From Pontiella sp. (GTDB lineage: Bacteria; Verrucomicrobiota; Kiritimatiellia; Kiritimatiellales; Pontiellaceae), in contig JBNKHE010000007.1 in the NCBI GenBank assembly GCA_050290185.1, positions 184,108-248,107 on the forward strand: 64,000 nt of DNA. The letters run 5' to 3'. Both the position numbers and the translations under genes were made by a program. The notes beneath the pieces are model-generated. The model was not told where the DNA came from, did not search any database, and saw nothing but the letters and a program-made list of their open reading frames with translations. Shown here piece after piece: positions 41,928 through 51,208 of the stretch (position 1 is its first letter; every line of letters begins with the position of its first letter).

Positions 41928-42968
41928 ATGACTCATCCAGGCATCATTTTAATGGGCGACGAAGATGCGATTAACGCCTCGTACGACGCCATGAGCCGCC
42001 AGCCGGTGGACTGGGACCTCAGCGAGAAGGAGGTTCCGGCCTATCGCAAATTCCAGACGACGCTGGCAGGGTCAGCCTCCATATCAGGCCCCGGCACGTT
42101 CATGGGGAAGGCGACGCGAACGATCACTTTCGAGCCGACGGATAACGAGGGATGGTGGCTCAACCGGATCGATCTTCCGAAGACGCTTCCGATCCGTGTG
42201 AGTATTGCCAATGTCTGGACGACGGGGCAGATCGTAAGCAACATTGTGCTGCGCAGCGGAAATCCGCACAACTATGTCCGCATGGTTGAGCATATTATTT
42301 CCCTGCGGATGGGCTTGGGGATCGACAATGTGATGATCAAGCTCGACTCGGGGGATCCGCCCCTGTTTGAGCAGGGCAGTCTTGATCTGGTCGAAGCATT
42401 CGACCAGTGCGGAATTGAAACCACGGACCGGCCGGTGAACTATGTGACGGTGAAGGAGCCGGTGACGGTGGGCGGCTCCTATGGGGATTTTGTTACACTT
42501 GCACCGCCTGACAATCTGGATGATCCGAAGCTTACCGTGGATTGCGCTGTGAATTTCAGTACGGCGATCGGGCAGCAGCGCATCATTTTTCCGGTATGTG
42601 AAGAACTTACCCGTATGGCGTCGGTTGCCCGGACGAACACGTCATACGGGAAGGTACTTTACTGCGCGACAATCGGAAGGCTGTTTGCCGATGTGCGCAA
42701 TCTGGGCTACAACAAGACCAACGTCTCCATTGCCGGAAAGAAGAAATACAAAAACGAGCCGCGGCTCGAACACGAAGGCAAGGCTCTTGAGGCCGTATGG
42801 CATCGGGCTGTGCTAGATCTGCTGGCGGCGATTGCTCTGATTCACAACGGGATGTTCGTAGGGAAGATTACCTCCTACAAGGCCGGGCACCGGCTGGACT
42901 GCGATCTGGTCCGTCAGCTTTATCTGAATGAAATGCTGGTGCCGCTTGCAACCATGAGGAACCGGTAA
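41928..42968 (+). CDS. lpxC: UDP-3-O-acyl-GlcNAc deacetylase-like protein (divergent LpxC)
   Basis: QTTL...VEHIIS...[25 protein letters not shown]. Confidence 0.75.
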   Translation: MTHPGIILMGDEDAINASYDAMSRQPVDWDLSEKEVPAYRKFQTTLAGSASISGPGTFMGKATRTITFEPTDNEGWWLNRIDLPKTLPIRVSIANVWTTGQIVSNIVLRSGNPHNYVRMVEHIISLRMGLGIDNVMIKLDSGDPPLFEQGSLDLVEAFDQCGIETTDRPVNYVTVKEPVTVGGSYGDFVTLAPPDNLDDPKLTVDCAVNFSTAIGQQRIIFPVCEELTRMASVARTNTSYGKVLYCATIGRLFADVRNLGYNKTNVSIAGKKKYKNEPRLEHEGKALEAVWHRAVLDLLAAIALIHNGMFVGKITSYKAGHRLDCDLVRQLYLNEMLVPLATMRNR

Positions 42969-42969
42969 G

Positions 42970-43386
42970 ATGAAATCATATCGCAAAGAACTTTGGTTTG
43001 AGGCCCCTAAACGGCGGCAGATTATCCATATCACCCCCGACATTGACGAATGTCTTGAAGAGTCGGGTATCAAGGAAGGGCTCTGCCTGGTCAATGCGAT
43101 GCATATCACCGCATCGGTTTTCATCAACGACAATGAAAGTGGCCTGCATTCCGATTTTGAGCGGTGGCTGGAGAAGCTGGCTCCGGAAAAGCCCTACGAC
43201 CAATATGCCCACAACGGCTACGAAGACAACGCGGATGCCCATCTGAAGCGCACCATCATGGGGCGGGAAGTGGTGGTTGCGGTGACTGACGGGAAACTAG
43301 ACCTTGGTCCATGGGAGCAGCTCTTCTATTTTGAGCTGGATGGGAAGCGGAAAAAACGGGTGCTCGTCAAAATTATCGGCGAGTAG
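42970..43386 (+). CDS. YjbQ/UPF0047 family protein
   Basis: HITAS, NADAHLK, LGPWEQ...ELDG. Confidence 0.92.
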   Translation: MKSYRKELWFEAPKRRQIIHITPDIDECLEESGIKEGLCLVNAMHITASVFINDNESGLHSDFERWLEKLAPEKPYDQYAHNGYEDNADAHLKRTIMGREVVVAVTDGKLDLGPWEQLFYFELDGKRKKRVLVKIIGE

Positions 43387-43389
43387 AGA

Positions 43390-43851
43390 TCAGAGTTCTT
43401 CTAGCACGAAGATGTAGCCTCCCGCGCGTTTTCGGAACTTCCCGGATGAGAGGTTTCCGTCATCGATGATCTTATCAATTTCCTTCATTTGCTCATCGCC
43501 CCAATTTGGCTGGTAAACGGAGACGCCGGCATAGGTGCCAAACTGCTGGAAATCCCAGTCCCAGCTTCCTCCGATAACGGTATCTTCAGTCCATGGAAAC
43601 CCTGCCAGATATTCGGCCATGCCTAATGGCATTTGTCCGGGGGTTTTGTCCCTTGGATAGTCACCGTGATCGAATGAGTACTCGACAAAGGCATAGCCTG
43701 CGTTCTTGATTTCGCGTGCAAACCTTTTTGCGCGGGCATTATTCCCGGCATTGAGAACGGCGGGCACAGAAAGCGCAGCCAAAAGGCCTATAATCGAGAC
43801 CGCAATCATGATCTCGACCAATGTGAATCCAATTTTATCAGAAATGCGCAC
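43390..43851 (-). CDS. Prepilin-type N-methylation domain protein
   Basis: GFTLVEIMIAV type IV pilin/pseudopilin cleavage motif. Confidence 0.88.
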   Translation of the reverse strand: MRISDKIGFTLVEIMIAVSIIGLLAALSVPAVLNAGNNARAKRFAREIKNAGYAFVEYSFDHGDYPRDKTPGQMPLGMAEYLAGFPWTEDTVIGGSWDWDFQQFGTYAGVSVYQPNWGDEQMKEIDKIIDDGNLSSGKFRKRAGGYIFVLEEL

Positions 43852-44059
43852 GATGCCTCATATAAAGCATTAGAAGTGCCAATTCCTTCGCAAATCTTGA
43901 ATTCGAGGACTCTTTTAAATGCACTCATGGCATAACCCCCGTTAAGAGGCCGTTTGTGGAGGGTAGGGGGCCTCTTCGACAGAGCTCGCATGAGTGGCGG
44001 GCGGTTCCTCCAGGTGCTTGCAGTTCCTGGGTTTTAACTTTTTTGAAAACATATTTGTG

Positions 44060-45817
44060 CTAGTGATCCGGGCTGTGCTGCAGCAATTCGTACAGTTGCC
44101 GGTAATAGCCGTCGCGGGCCATCAGTTCCTCATGCGTTCCCTGATCGACCAGTTCGCCGTGACGCATGACGAGGATGCGGTCCGCATGGCGGATGGTGGA
44201 AAGGCGGTGGGCGATGACGATACTTGTGCGGTTGGCCATCAGTTTGCCTAGCGCATCCTGAATGAGCATTTCCGTGCCGGTATCGACGCTGGCCGTAGCT
44301 TCGTCGAGTACGAAGAGAAGTTCAGGATTCTGTGCCAGCGTGCGGGCCATCACCAGCAGTTGCTTCTGGCCAAGCGAGAGTCCTTCGCCCCGTTCATTGA
44401 GGACGGTGTCGTAGCCGTCGTTCATTTCCTCAATGAAGGTGTGCGCGTTTACGGTTTTTGCCGCCCGGATAATGTCCTCCCGCTCGAGTCCGGGCGTCTG
44501 AAGCCCAATGTTGTCGGCCACGGAGGCGGTGAATATGAACGGATCCTGGAAAACATAGCCGAGCCGGCTGCGCAGGTCATTCTTGTCAAACCGTCGGACG
44601 TCGATGCCGTCAATCGTTACAGCACCTTTTTGCACATCGTAGAAACGGCCGATCAGGTTGATGATGGTACTTTTGCCCGCGCCGGTGGCTCCGACCACGG
44701 CTAGTACTTGTCCCGGTTCGACAGCGAACGAGAGATCCTTGATGACCCAATTATCCGTGGTATAGGCGAAGCTGACATGGTCGAAGGCGATGCATCCGGC
44801 AATTCGTTCCGGCGATTCAGGTTGCTCCGGGTCGGTGACTTCCTCTTCTGTATCGAGCAGTTTGAAAATACGCTCGGTGGAAGCCATGGCGATCTGGAAG
44901 GAACCCGCTTTGTCGGACAACGATCCGAGCGGATGGAAGAAGTTCCGGACGTAGGCCAGAAAGGCGATCAGCTTGCCGACGGTGATGACATCGGACCCGT
45001 TATTGATAGCAAAGCCGCCGATGCCCAGCGTGAGCAGTACCGCAAGGATCTGACTGCCTTCGATGGTGGGAAAGTAGAGGCTGAACCAGCGTACTTCGTC
45101 GAAATAGGCCGACTGCAGGTGGCTGTTTCGCTGGTCGAAATCTTCAACGGCGCTGGCCTCGCGGCTGAAGAGCTGGATGGTGCTCATTCCGGTAAGGTCT
45201 TCCTGAATCAGGGCGTTCAGGCGCGATTGCCGGTCCCGGATATCGCGGTTGGCGTTGCGCAATTTGACATTGATGAAATACATCAGTGCGAATAGGAGCG
45301 GGAGCGTTGAAAATATGGCGAGGGACAGTTTGGGGCTGAACCAGATCATATAGCCCATGATGCCGATGATCATGAAAATATCGGCCAGAGAGCCAACCAC
45401 GCCTTCTGTCACGAAATGCTGGAGGCGTTCGATGTCGGAGGTAACGCGCGTCATTAGGGTTCCGATGGCAGTGCGGTCAAAATAGGCCTGGTGCATGCGC
45501 AGCACTTTGCCGAAGACGGATAGGCGCAGGTCGTAGATGATGCGCTGGCCGATCCATGCGGTCAGCATGGCCTGTACGTACCGGACCGAATGGCCGACGG
45601 CGGCGATGACAAGATACAGAATGCCCAGTCGCATCATCAGTGCCATGCGTCCGTCGACCGGTGTGGCGCCATCGAGCAGGCACTCGTCGGTGATACGTTG
45701 GAGCAGGACCGGCAGGAAGTTGATCGAAAGCGAGGTGAACATAATCAGCCCGAAGGCCAACAGCAGCGAACGCTTGTACGGGAGGGCAAAGGATAGCAGT
45801 CTTTTGGCCGGATTCAT
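44060..45817 (-). CDS. ABC exporter, fused TMD+NBD (MdlB-like)
   Basis: GATGAGKS, LSLGQKQ, LDEAT, AHRLST. Confidence 0.93.
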   Translation of the reverse strand: MNPAKRLLSFALPYKRSLLLAFGLIMFTSLSINFLPVLLQRITDECLLDGATPVDGRMALMMRLGILYLVIAAVGHSVRYVQAMLTAWIGQRIIYDLRLSVFGKVLRMHQAYFDRTAIGTLMTRVTSDIERLQHFVTEGVVGSLADIFMIIGIMGYMIWFSPKLSLAIFSTLPLLFALMYFINVKLRNANRDIRDRQSRLNALIQEDLTGMSTIQLFSREASAVEDFDQRNSHLQSAYFDEVRWFSLYFPTIEGSQILAVLLTLGIGGFAINNGSDVITVGKLIAFLAYVRNFFHPLGSLSDKAGSFQIAMASTERIFKLLDTEEEVTDPEQPESPERIAGCIAFDHVSFAYTTDNWVIKDLSFAVEPGQVLAVVGATGAGKSTIINLIGRFYDVQKGAVTIDGIDVRRFDKNDLRSRLGYVFQDPFIFTASVADNIGLQTPGLEREDIIRAAKTVNAHTFIEEMNDGYDTVLNERGEGLSLGQKQLLVMARTLAQNPELLFVLDEATASVDTGTEMLIQDALGKLMANRTSIVIAHRLSTIRHADRILVMRHGELVDQGTHEELMARDGYYRQLYELLQHSPDH

Positions 45818-47562
45818 TGGTCGGCCTCCAGTTGTTGCTCCAGCTGTTGCATGGTGTTGAGTTCGGCGTAGTAGCCGGGTTGCCGGATCAGCTCATCATG
45901 GGTGCCGCGCTGGGTAATGCGTCCGTTTTCGATGACGACGATTTCGTCGGCATAGCGAAGGGTGGAGATACGATGGCTGACGAATAGCGTAGTGCGTTCG
46001 GCCATCACCGGCTGGAGTTTTTCCATGATCGCGGCTTCGGTCTGGGTATCGACCGCGGAGAGTACGTCATCTAGAATTAGGATATCCGGTCGGCGGGCTA
46101 TGGCCCGGCTGATGGAGGTGCGCTGACGCTGGCCGCCGGAAAGGGTGACTCCGCGTTCGCCCAGCATGGTCTGATATTGTTCGGGGAAGCCCTGCACATC
46201 CTGATGCAGATGCGCAACCTCGGCCGCCCAGCCGACCGTGCTTATGTCGGCATCTTCGACCCCAAAGCCGATGTTGTGCTCCAGCGTCCGCGAAAAGAGT
46301 ACCGGTTCCTGGGCTGCGTAGCCGATCATGCCGCGTAGTTCCGCCAGGGACACCTCGCGAAGATCCCTTCCGCCGATCCGTATGGTTCCCTGCGTAGGAT
46401 CAACCAGGCGGGCGACCAGTGATGCAAGCAGTGTTTTCCCGCTGCCCGTCGGTCCGGTTATACCCAGTGTTATTCCCCGGGGAATATCGAGGTCGATGGA
46501 CTCCAGTAGTTTTCTTCCATCGATCTCGAGATCCAGGTTTTCAAAGCGGATGGAGGAATCAACCGGAACAGGAAACGGTTCGGCATGGCTGTTGGCGGCA
46601 ATGTTGGGTTCCTGGTCGAGGATGGCCTTGACCCGTATCCAGCTCACCTTGCCGCGCTGCAGCATGCTCATGACCCAGCTGAGGGAGAGCAGGGGCCATT
46701 GCATGTAGAGCAGGTATTGCCCGAATTGAGTCAGGGTGCCAACCGTCATTTCCCCGGCTATGATTTTTCGGCCACCTATGAAAAAAATGAGAATCGTGCC
46801 GAGCGCGAACCAGAAGGCCATGGAGGGAAATAGAAACTGCCGGGCGGCCTGCATCCGCATGGTTTTCCAGATGAGGCCTGAATTCAGGTCCGCGAACTCG
46901 GTATTCCGCCGTCGTTCCAGCGCAAAGCCCTTTATGCAGCGGATGCCGGAAAAAGTTTCCTGGCAAAAGTTTGAAACCTCGGAAACGCGTTCCTGAAGCT
47001 CCTGCTGATAGCGGCGCATGATGCGAATTATGATGAAAAAGAAGAAAACCATCGGGGTGAAGACCACGATCACCAATGCCGCCAAATGCGGTTCCGTGAT
47101 GGTCATGACCACCGAGGCGAACACGATGGTCGTTATGGCCCGGGATATTTGAAGGAAGCCTTGACCGATGGAGTCGCGGATGATGTTGATGTCGGAAGAA
47201 AGCCGCGTCATCAAATCGCCCGTACGTTCGGATCGGTAATAGGTCTGGTCGAGCCTGGTGAGGTGTGCAAACGCGTCGCCGCGCAGGGCATATTCGATCT
47301 GGTGCGACATCTTCATCGGAACGCGCCGCAGCATGCGTGAAAAGATGATGGATACAACGCCGATACCGACGAAGAGCAAGAGATATTTCCATAGGTCTGC
47401 AGGGGAGAGCGACCCTTCGTTGAGGCCGTCGATGATCCAACGGATCACAACCGGCATAGCCAGATTGCATCCGACCGTCACCCAGGCGCATATCAGCGTA
47501 ACGACAATGGTGAGACGGTGCGGGATGAAGTATTGGGCTAGTCTGGATTCTGGTTGCGCGAT
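45814..47562 (-). CDS. ABC exporter, fused TMD+NBD (MdlA-like); start uncertain (ATC at 47562 or GTG at 47481)
   Basis: GPTGSGKT, LSGGQRQR, LDD, SHRIST; frame open upstream of the ORF-track start. Confidence 0.9.
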   Translation of the reverse strand: MAQPESRLAQYFIPHRLTIVVTLICAWVTVGCNLAMPVVIRWIIDGLNEGSLSPADLWKYLLLFVGIGVVSIIFSRMLRRVPMKMSHQIEYALRGDAFAHLTRLDQTYYRSERTGDLMTRLSSDINIIRDSIGQGFLQISRAITTIVFASVVMTITEPHLAALVIVVFTPMVFFFFIIIRIMRRYQQELQERVSEVSNFCQETFSGIRCIKGFALERRRNTEFADLNSGLIWKTMRMQAARQFLFPSMAFWFALGTILIFFIGGRKIIAGEMTVGTLTQFGQYLLYMQWPLLSLSWVMSMLQRGKVSWIRVKAILDQEPNIAANSHAEPFPVPVDSSIRFENLDLEIDGRKLLESIDLDIPRGITLGITGPTGSGKTLLASLVARLVDPTQGTIRIGGRDLREVSLAELRGMIGYAAQEPVLFSRTLEHNIGFGVEDADISTVGWAAEVAHLHQDVQGFPEQYQTMLGERGVTLSGGQRQRTSISRAIARRPDILILDDVLSAVDTQTEAAIMEKLQPVMAERTTLFVSHRISTLRYADEIVVIENGRITQRGTHDELIRQPGYYAELNTMQQLEQQLEADQ

Positions 47563-47662
47563 GTTGGATCTCCGTTGCGACTGCCAAAAGTATCGACTGA
47601 GTGCCGGATTGCAAGCCCGTTTCCTTGGCCAACTGCAGAGGCATGTTGTCGTCGGGTTCCGT

Positions 47663-47691
47663 TTGACTTTCCGGCAGTCGGACTCTATAAA
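47663..47691 (+). promoter_or_regulatory. Sigma70-type promoter
   Basis: TTGACT-17 bp-TATAAA. Confidence 0.6.
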
Positions 47692-47699
47692 CGCGCACT

Positions 47700-47855
47700 T
47701 TTAGCCCGGATGTTGCACCAGAATGGTGCCACATTCTCCCTGTGGGCTTCGGTTCCTGCCCTTTTCAGGGCTTTCGCTCAGGACGAACCCTGAGCAAGGT
47801 GCGATAGCACCCGGGTCGAAGGGGTTGGCGATAGAGCACCGATTTATAAGGGCTG
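47700..47855 (+). ncRNA. Candidate structured RNA or 5' leader of unknown class
   Basis: Multiple complementary stems directly downstream of the promoter (see findings). Confidence 0.4.
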
Positions 47856-47878
47856 TTTCTGCAAGCGAGGAGTTACCG

Positions 47879-48538
47879 ATGTTGAAACCGAAGAAAAAAC
47901 GCACCACCTGCAAGGTATTGGAAGTACGTAAGCTGACTGAGTCGGCCGCGGTTCTTCGCTTTGAACGGGAAGGGCTTAAGTTCGATCCGGGACAGTACAT
48001 CCGCGTCGGGATTGAAGGCGATGCGGAGATCCGGGACTATTCTGTTTATTCGGGGGCCGATGCCGAATATGTCGAAGTGCTGGTGCGCCGCGTTGAGGAC
48101 GGCTTGGTGTCCAAGCAGCTGTGCGATCTCGAAGCCGGGGAGCGGGTCAGTGTGGGGGGGCCATACGGGCATTTCAAGCTGACTGAAGATATCCGCAAAG
48201 AATCGCTTCTGTTTGTTGCCACCGGAACCGGGATTTCTCCATTCCATAGCTTTGTCCATTCCTATCCGGAACTCAACTACCGCCTCATTCACGGAACCAG
48301 CAAAGCCGACGAGGCTTACGAAGCGGATGCTTACGACGGCAACTATTTCCACTGTGTTTCGCGCGAAGACGGCGGCGACTACAAAGGCCGTGTTACGGAA
48401 TATCTCAAGACGCTGGAAATTACTCGCGATGCGCATGCGTTCCTGTGCGGTAATTGCGACATGATCTACGAGGCGTTCGATCTGTTGCAGGAAATGGGCC
48501 TTCCCACAGCGAACATACACACCGAAGTCTACTTTTAA
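47879..48538 (+). CDS. Ferredoxin-NADP reductase-like FAD/NAD(P) oxidoreductase
   Basis: GAGGAG RBS; PGQY, RDYS, GPYG, ATGTGISP, LCGN, EVYF. Confidence 0.9.
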   Translation: MLKPKKKRTTCKVLEVRKLTESAAVLRFEREGLKFDPGQYIRVGIEGDAEIRDYSVYSGADAEYVEVLVRRVEDGLVSKQLCDLEAGERVSVGGPYGHFKLTEDIRKESLLFVATGTGISPFHSFVHSYPELNYRLIHGTSKADEAYEADAYDGNYFHCVSREDGGDYKGRVTEYLKTLEITRDAHAFLCGNCDMIYEAFDLLQEMGLPTANIHTEVYF

Positions 48539-48655
48539 TTTTTGATTTCCGGTTTTTGATTTTCAGGGCTGCCACCGCTTTGGTTGGTCAGAGGCCCACG
48601 CCGGTTGATTTCCGCAACTCGGCAATTAAAAATCGGTAATGGAGCGAAGTGATAT

Positions 48656-49993
48656 ATGAAGTGCTGCGTCGTCACCTTGGGTTGCCAGATGAACCAGTCG
48701 GATTCCGAACGGATCCGCAGTGTTATCGAAGGCATGGGTTATGAAATGACTGAGATTGAGGAGGAAGCCTCCTTGATCGGTGTCGTCGCGTGTTCGGTCC
48801 GTCAAAAGGCGATCGATAAGGTCTACAGCAAAATCCAGAAATGGAATCAGTGGAAGAATGACCGTCCGCTCGTCACCTTTGTTTCCGGGTGCATTTTGCC
48901 GGCCGACGAGGTTAAGTTCCTGAAGCTGTTCGATCTTGTGTTCCGCATGAATGAACTGCCGGATCTGCCGAGCATGCTACAGCAATGTGGCGTTACCACC
49001 GAATACTCCACGCGCCACCAGCTCGACAGTCTTGAGCGGCAGGATGAGCGCACGGACTTCTGGCAGGTCGATCCGACCTACAGCTCTTCGTTCGAGGCCT
49101 ATGTTCCGATCCAGAACGGGTGCGACAAGTTTTGCTCGTTCTGCGCCGTGCCCTATACCCGTGGCAGGGAAGTCTCGCGTGCCAGCGGGGATATTCTTGC
49201 CGAGGTACAACGGCTGGTTGATCAAGGGATCAAATCCATCACATTGCTGGGTCAGAACGTTAACTCCTACGGACTGGATAAAGAGGGCGCGGAAATCTCT
49301 TTTGCCAAGTTGTTGCGCAAGGTCGGCGAAATCGGCGAGGCCAGCGGTCGGCAATTCTGGGTTTACTTCACGTCGCCACATCCGCGCGACATGACCCGCG
49401 ACGTTATCGAAGCGATTGCCGACTACGATTGCCTTGCCAAACAAATCCATCTTCCGGTGCAGAGCGGTGATGAAAAACTGCTGCGGCGCATGAACCGCAA
49501 CCACAGCATCGAGGATTATCTCAAGATTGTTGACGACATCCGCGAGCTGTTGCCGACCGCCACTATTTTTACCGACATCATTGTGGGCTTCAGCGGGGAG
49601 ACGGACGAACAGTTCGAAAATACGGCCGACCTGATGCTTAAGGTTGGTTATAATATGGCCTACGTCGCCAAGTATTCTCCGCGGGTCGGTGCCCGTTCGG
49701 CCCGTTGGGAGGACGACATCGAACCTCCGCAGAAAAGCGAACGTCTCGCCCGTCTGGCCGAGATTCTCAAGCGCACATCGTATGAACACAATTTATCCAT
49801 GGTGGGGAAGACCTATCGTGTACTGGTTGATGGAAAAGACAAGCGGTTTGCGGGGGCGCTGACAGGGCGTACCGAAGGCAAGCTTCCGGTTCGTGTGCTG
49901 GATGCGTCCGAGGATTTGATCGGGACATTTCAGCATGTGGAAATAACCTCGGCCGCCGAACTTTCGCTTACGGGCACATTGGTCGGCGAATAA
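48656..49993 (+). CDS. miaB: tRNA-2-methylthio-N6-dimethylallyladenosine synthase
   Basis: TLGCQMN, GCDKFCSFCAVP, LGQNVNSY, TRAM domain. Confidence 0.93.
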   Translation: MKCCVVTLGCQMNQSDSERIRSVIEGMGYEMTEIEEEASLIGVVACSVRQKAIDKVYSKIQKWNQWKNDRPLVTFVSGCILPADEVKFLKLFDLVFRMNELPDLPSMLQQCGVTTEYSTRHQLDSLERQDERTDFWQVDPTYSSSFEAYVPIQNGCDKFCSFCAVPYTRGREVSRASGDILAEVQRLVDQGIKSITLLGQNVNSYGLDKEGAEISFAKLLRKVGEIGEASGRQFWVYFTSPHPRDMTRDVIEAIADYDCLAKQIHLPVQSGDEKLLRRMNRNHSIEDYLKIVDDIRELLPTATIFTDIIVGFSGETDEQFENTADLMLKVGYNMAYVAKYSPRVGARSARWEDDIEPPQKSERLARLAEILKRTSYEHNLSMVGKTYRVLVDGKDKRFAGALTGRTEGKLPVRVLDASEDLIGTFQHVEITSAAELSLTGTLVGE

Positions 49994-50020
49994 AAAAGGC
50001 GGTTCCGAAGAACCGCCTTT
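49992..50020. terminator. Bidirectional terminator
   Basis: AAAAAAGGCGGTTC-CGAA-GAACCGCCTTT. Confidence 0.85.
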
Positions 50021-50040
50021 CGCAGTGATCGTTGCCGAGG

Positions 50041-50373
50041 TTATTTGATCATCGACTTGATCGAGGCTTCCGCCTGCGCCCAGTATTCCGCAGGATCCTT
50101 GCTAAATCCGTCATTTTCAGCAGAAAAGTAGGCGGCCTGTTCAATCATCGAATAGACCTGTTCCGCCGTGTACATGACCTTTTTTGCAGCGGACTTCTTC
50201 GCCGGAGCCTTCTTCGCCGGCGCTTTTTTAGCTACGGCTTTCTTGGCTGGAGCCTTCTTTGCAACGGCTTTTTTAGCCGGAGCCTTCTTTGCAACGGCTT
50301 TCTTGGCCGGAGCCTTTTTTGCCGGAGCTTTCTTTGCTGCAGTTTTTTTAGCTGCTGTCTTCTTGGCTGCCAT
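50041..50373 (-). CDS. Histone H1-like KKAPA-repeat protein with DUF2934-like C-terminus
   Basis: AGGAG RBS; pentapeptide [10 protein letters not shown] repeats; IEQAAY...YWAQAE tail. Confidence 0.85.
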   Translation of the reverse strand: MAAKKTAAKKTAAKKAPAKKAPAKKAVAKKAPAKKAVAKKAPAKKAVAKKAPAKKAPAKKSAAKKVMYTAEQVYSMIEQAAYFSAENDGFSKDPAEYWAQAEASIKSMIK

Positions 50374-50542
50374 TTTATTTTCTCCTGATTTTTATTTTTC
50401 CCACATTACTTCCAATGCAATGAAAGTTGTGTATCCAGTTGAGCGGAGCTTGTAAACAATTCCTTCAATAAAATTGCATTCATCTCTAATCAGGTTTTTT
50501 AATATCTGTACTTGCATTATTTAACACAAGTAAGGGGGCTGT

Positions 50543-51208
50543 ATGGCGTTTCATGGCGATAAGAAAGAGGGAACCTGGATTCTGGCAAACGCGGAAAACC
50601 GTTTGAAGGACTGGCTGGTTCCCAAGGTGCCGAAGAAGGTCGAGACCTACCACCTTACACTGACCACGGTGCTGTGGTGCGCCCTGATCATTCTCTTCAG
50701 CTTCCTGGCGCGTTATCAGGTGCAGTGGCTCTGGGTGGTTTCGTTTGCGATCTTCGGCCAGTACATCACGGATCTGCTGGATGGCGAAGTGGGGCGCCGG
50801 CGCAATACGGGTCTCGTCAAGTGGGGGTACTACATGGACCACTTCCTCGACTATCTGTTTCTGTGTTCGATTATCATTGGCTACGGCTTGATGGTTGAGG
50901 ATCAAAACAAATATCTGCTCTTCTATATCCTCGCCCTGTTCGGGGCGTTCATGGTGAATTCCTTCCTCTCCTTTGCGGCCACAGGTGCCTTCCGCATCAG
51001 CTACATGGGTATCGGTCCGACCGAAGTGCGCGCGATCTTTATTCTCATCAATACCTTCATCATTGTCTTTGCCGACAAGATTGAAATTGTGCGCGTGCTT
51101 CCCTACGTCCTGGCCGGAGCCACGTTTGCCTTGTTCGCAACCGTCTTCCAGACGCAGAAGCAATTGTGGAAGCTGGATATGGAGAATAAACGCAATGCTG
51201 AAAAATAA
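50543..51208 (+). CDS. CDP-alcohol phosphatidyltransferase family protein
   Basis: DLLDGEVGR...GYYMDHFLD signature. Confidence 0.9.
   Translation: MAFHGDKKEGTWILANAENRLKDWLVPKVPKKVETYHLTLTTVLWCALIILFSFLARYQVQWLWVVSFAIFGQYITDLLDGEVGRRRNTGLVKWGYYMDHFLDYLFLCSIIIGYGLMVEDQNKYLLFYILALFGAFMVNSFLSFAATGAFRISYMGIGPTEVRAIFILINTFIIVFADKIEIVRVLPYVLAGATFALFATVFQTQKQLWKLDMENKRNAEK

Noticed and set aside
47775..47800. SRP RNA (CAGG-N10-AGCA spacing)
   Set aside because: The intervening bases do not form the GNRA-capped helix 8; retained only as an unclassified structured RNA.
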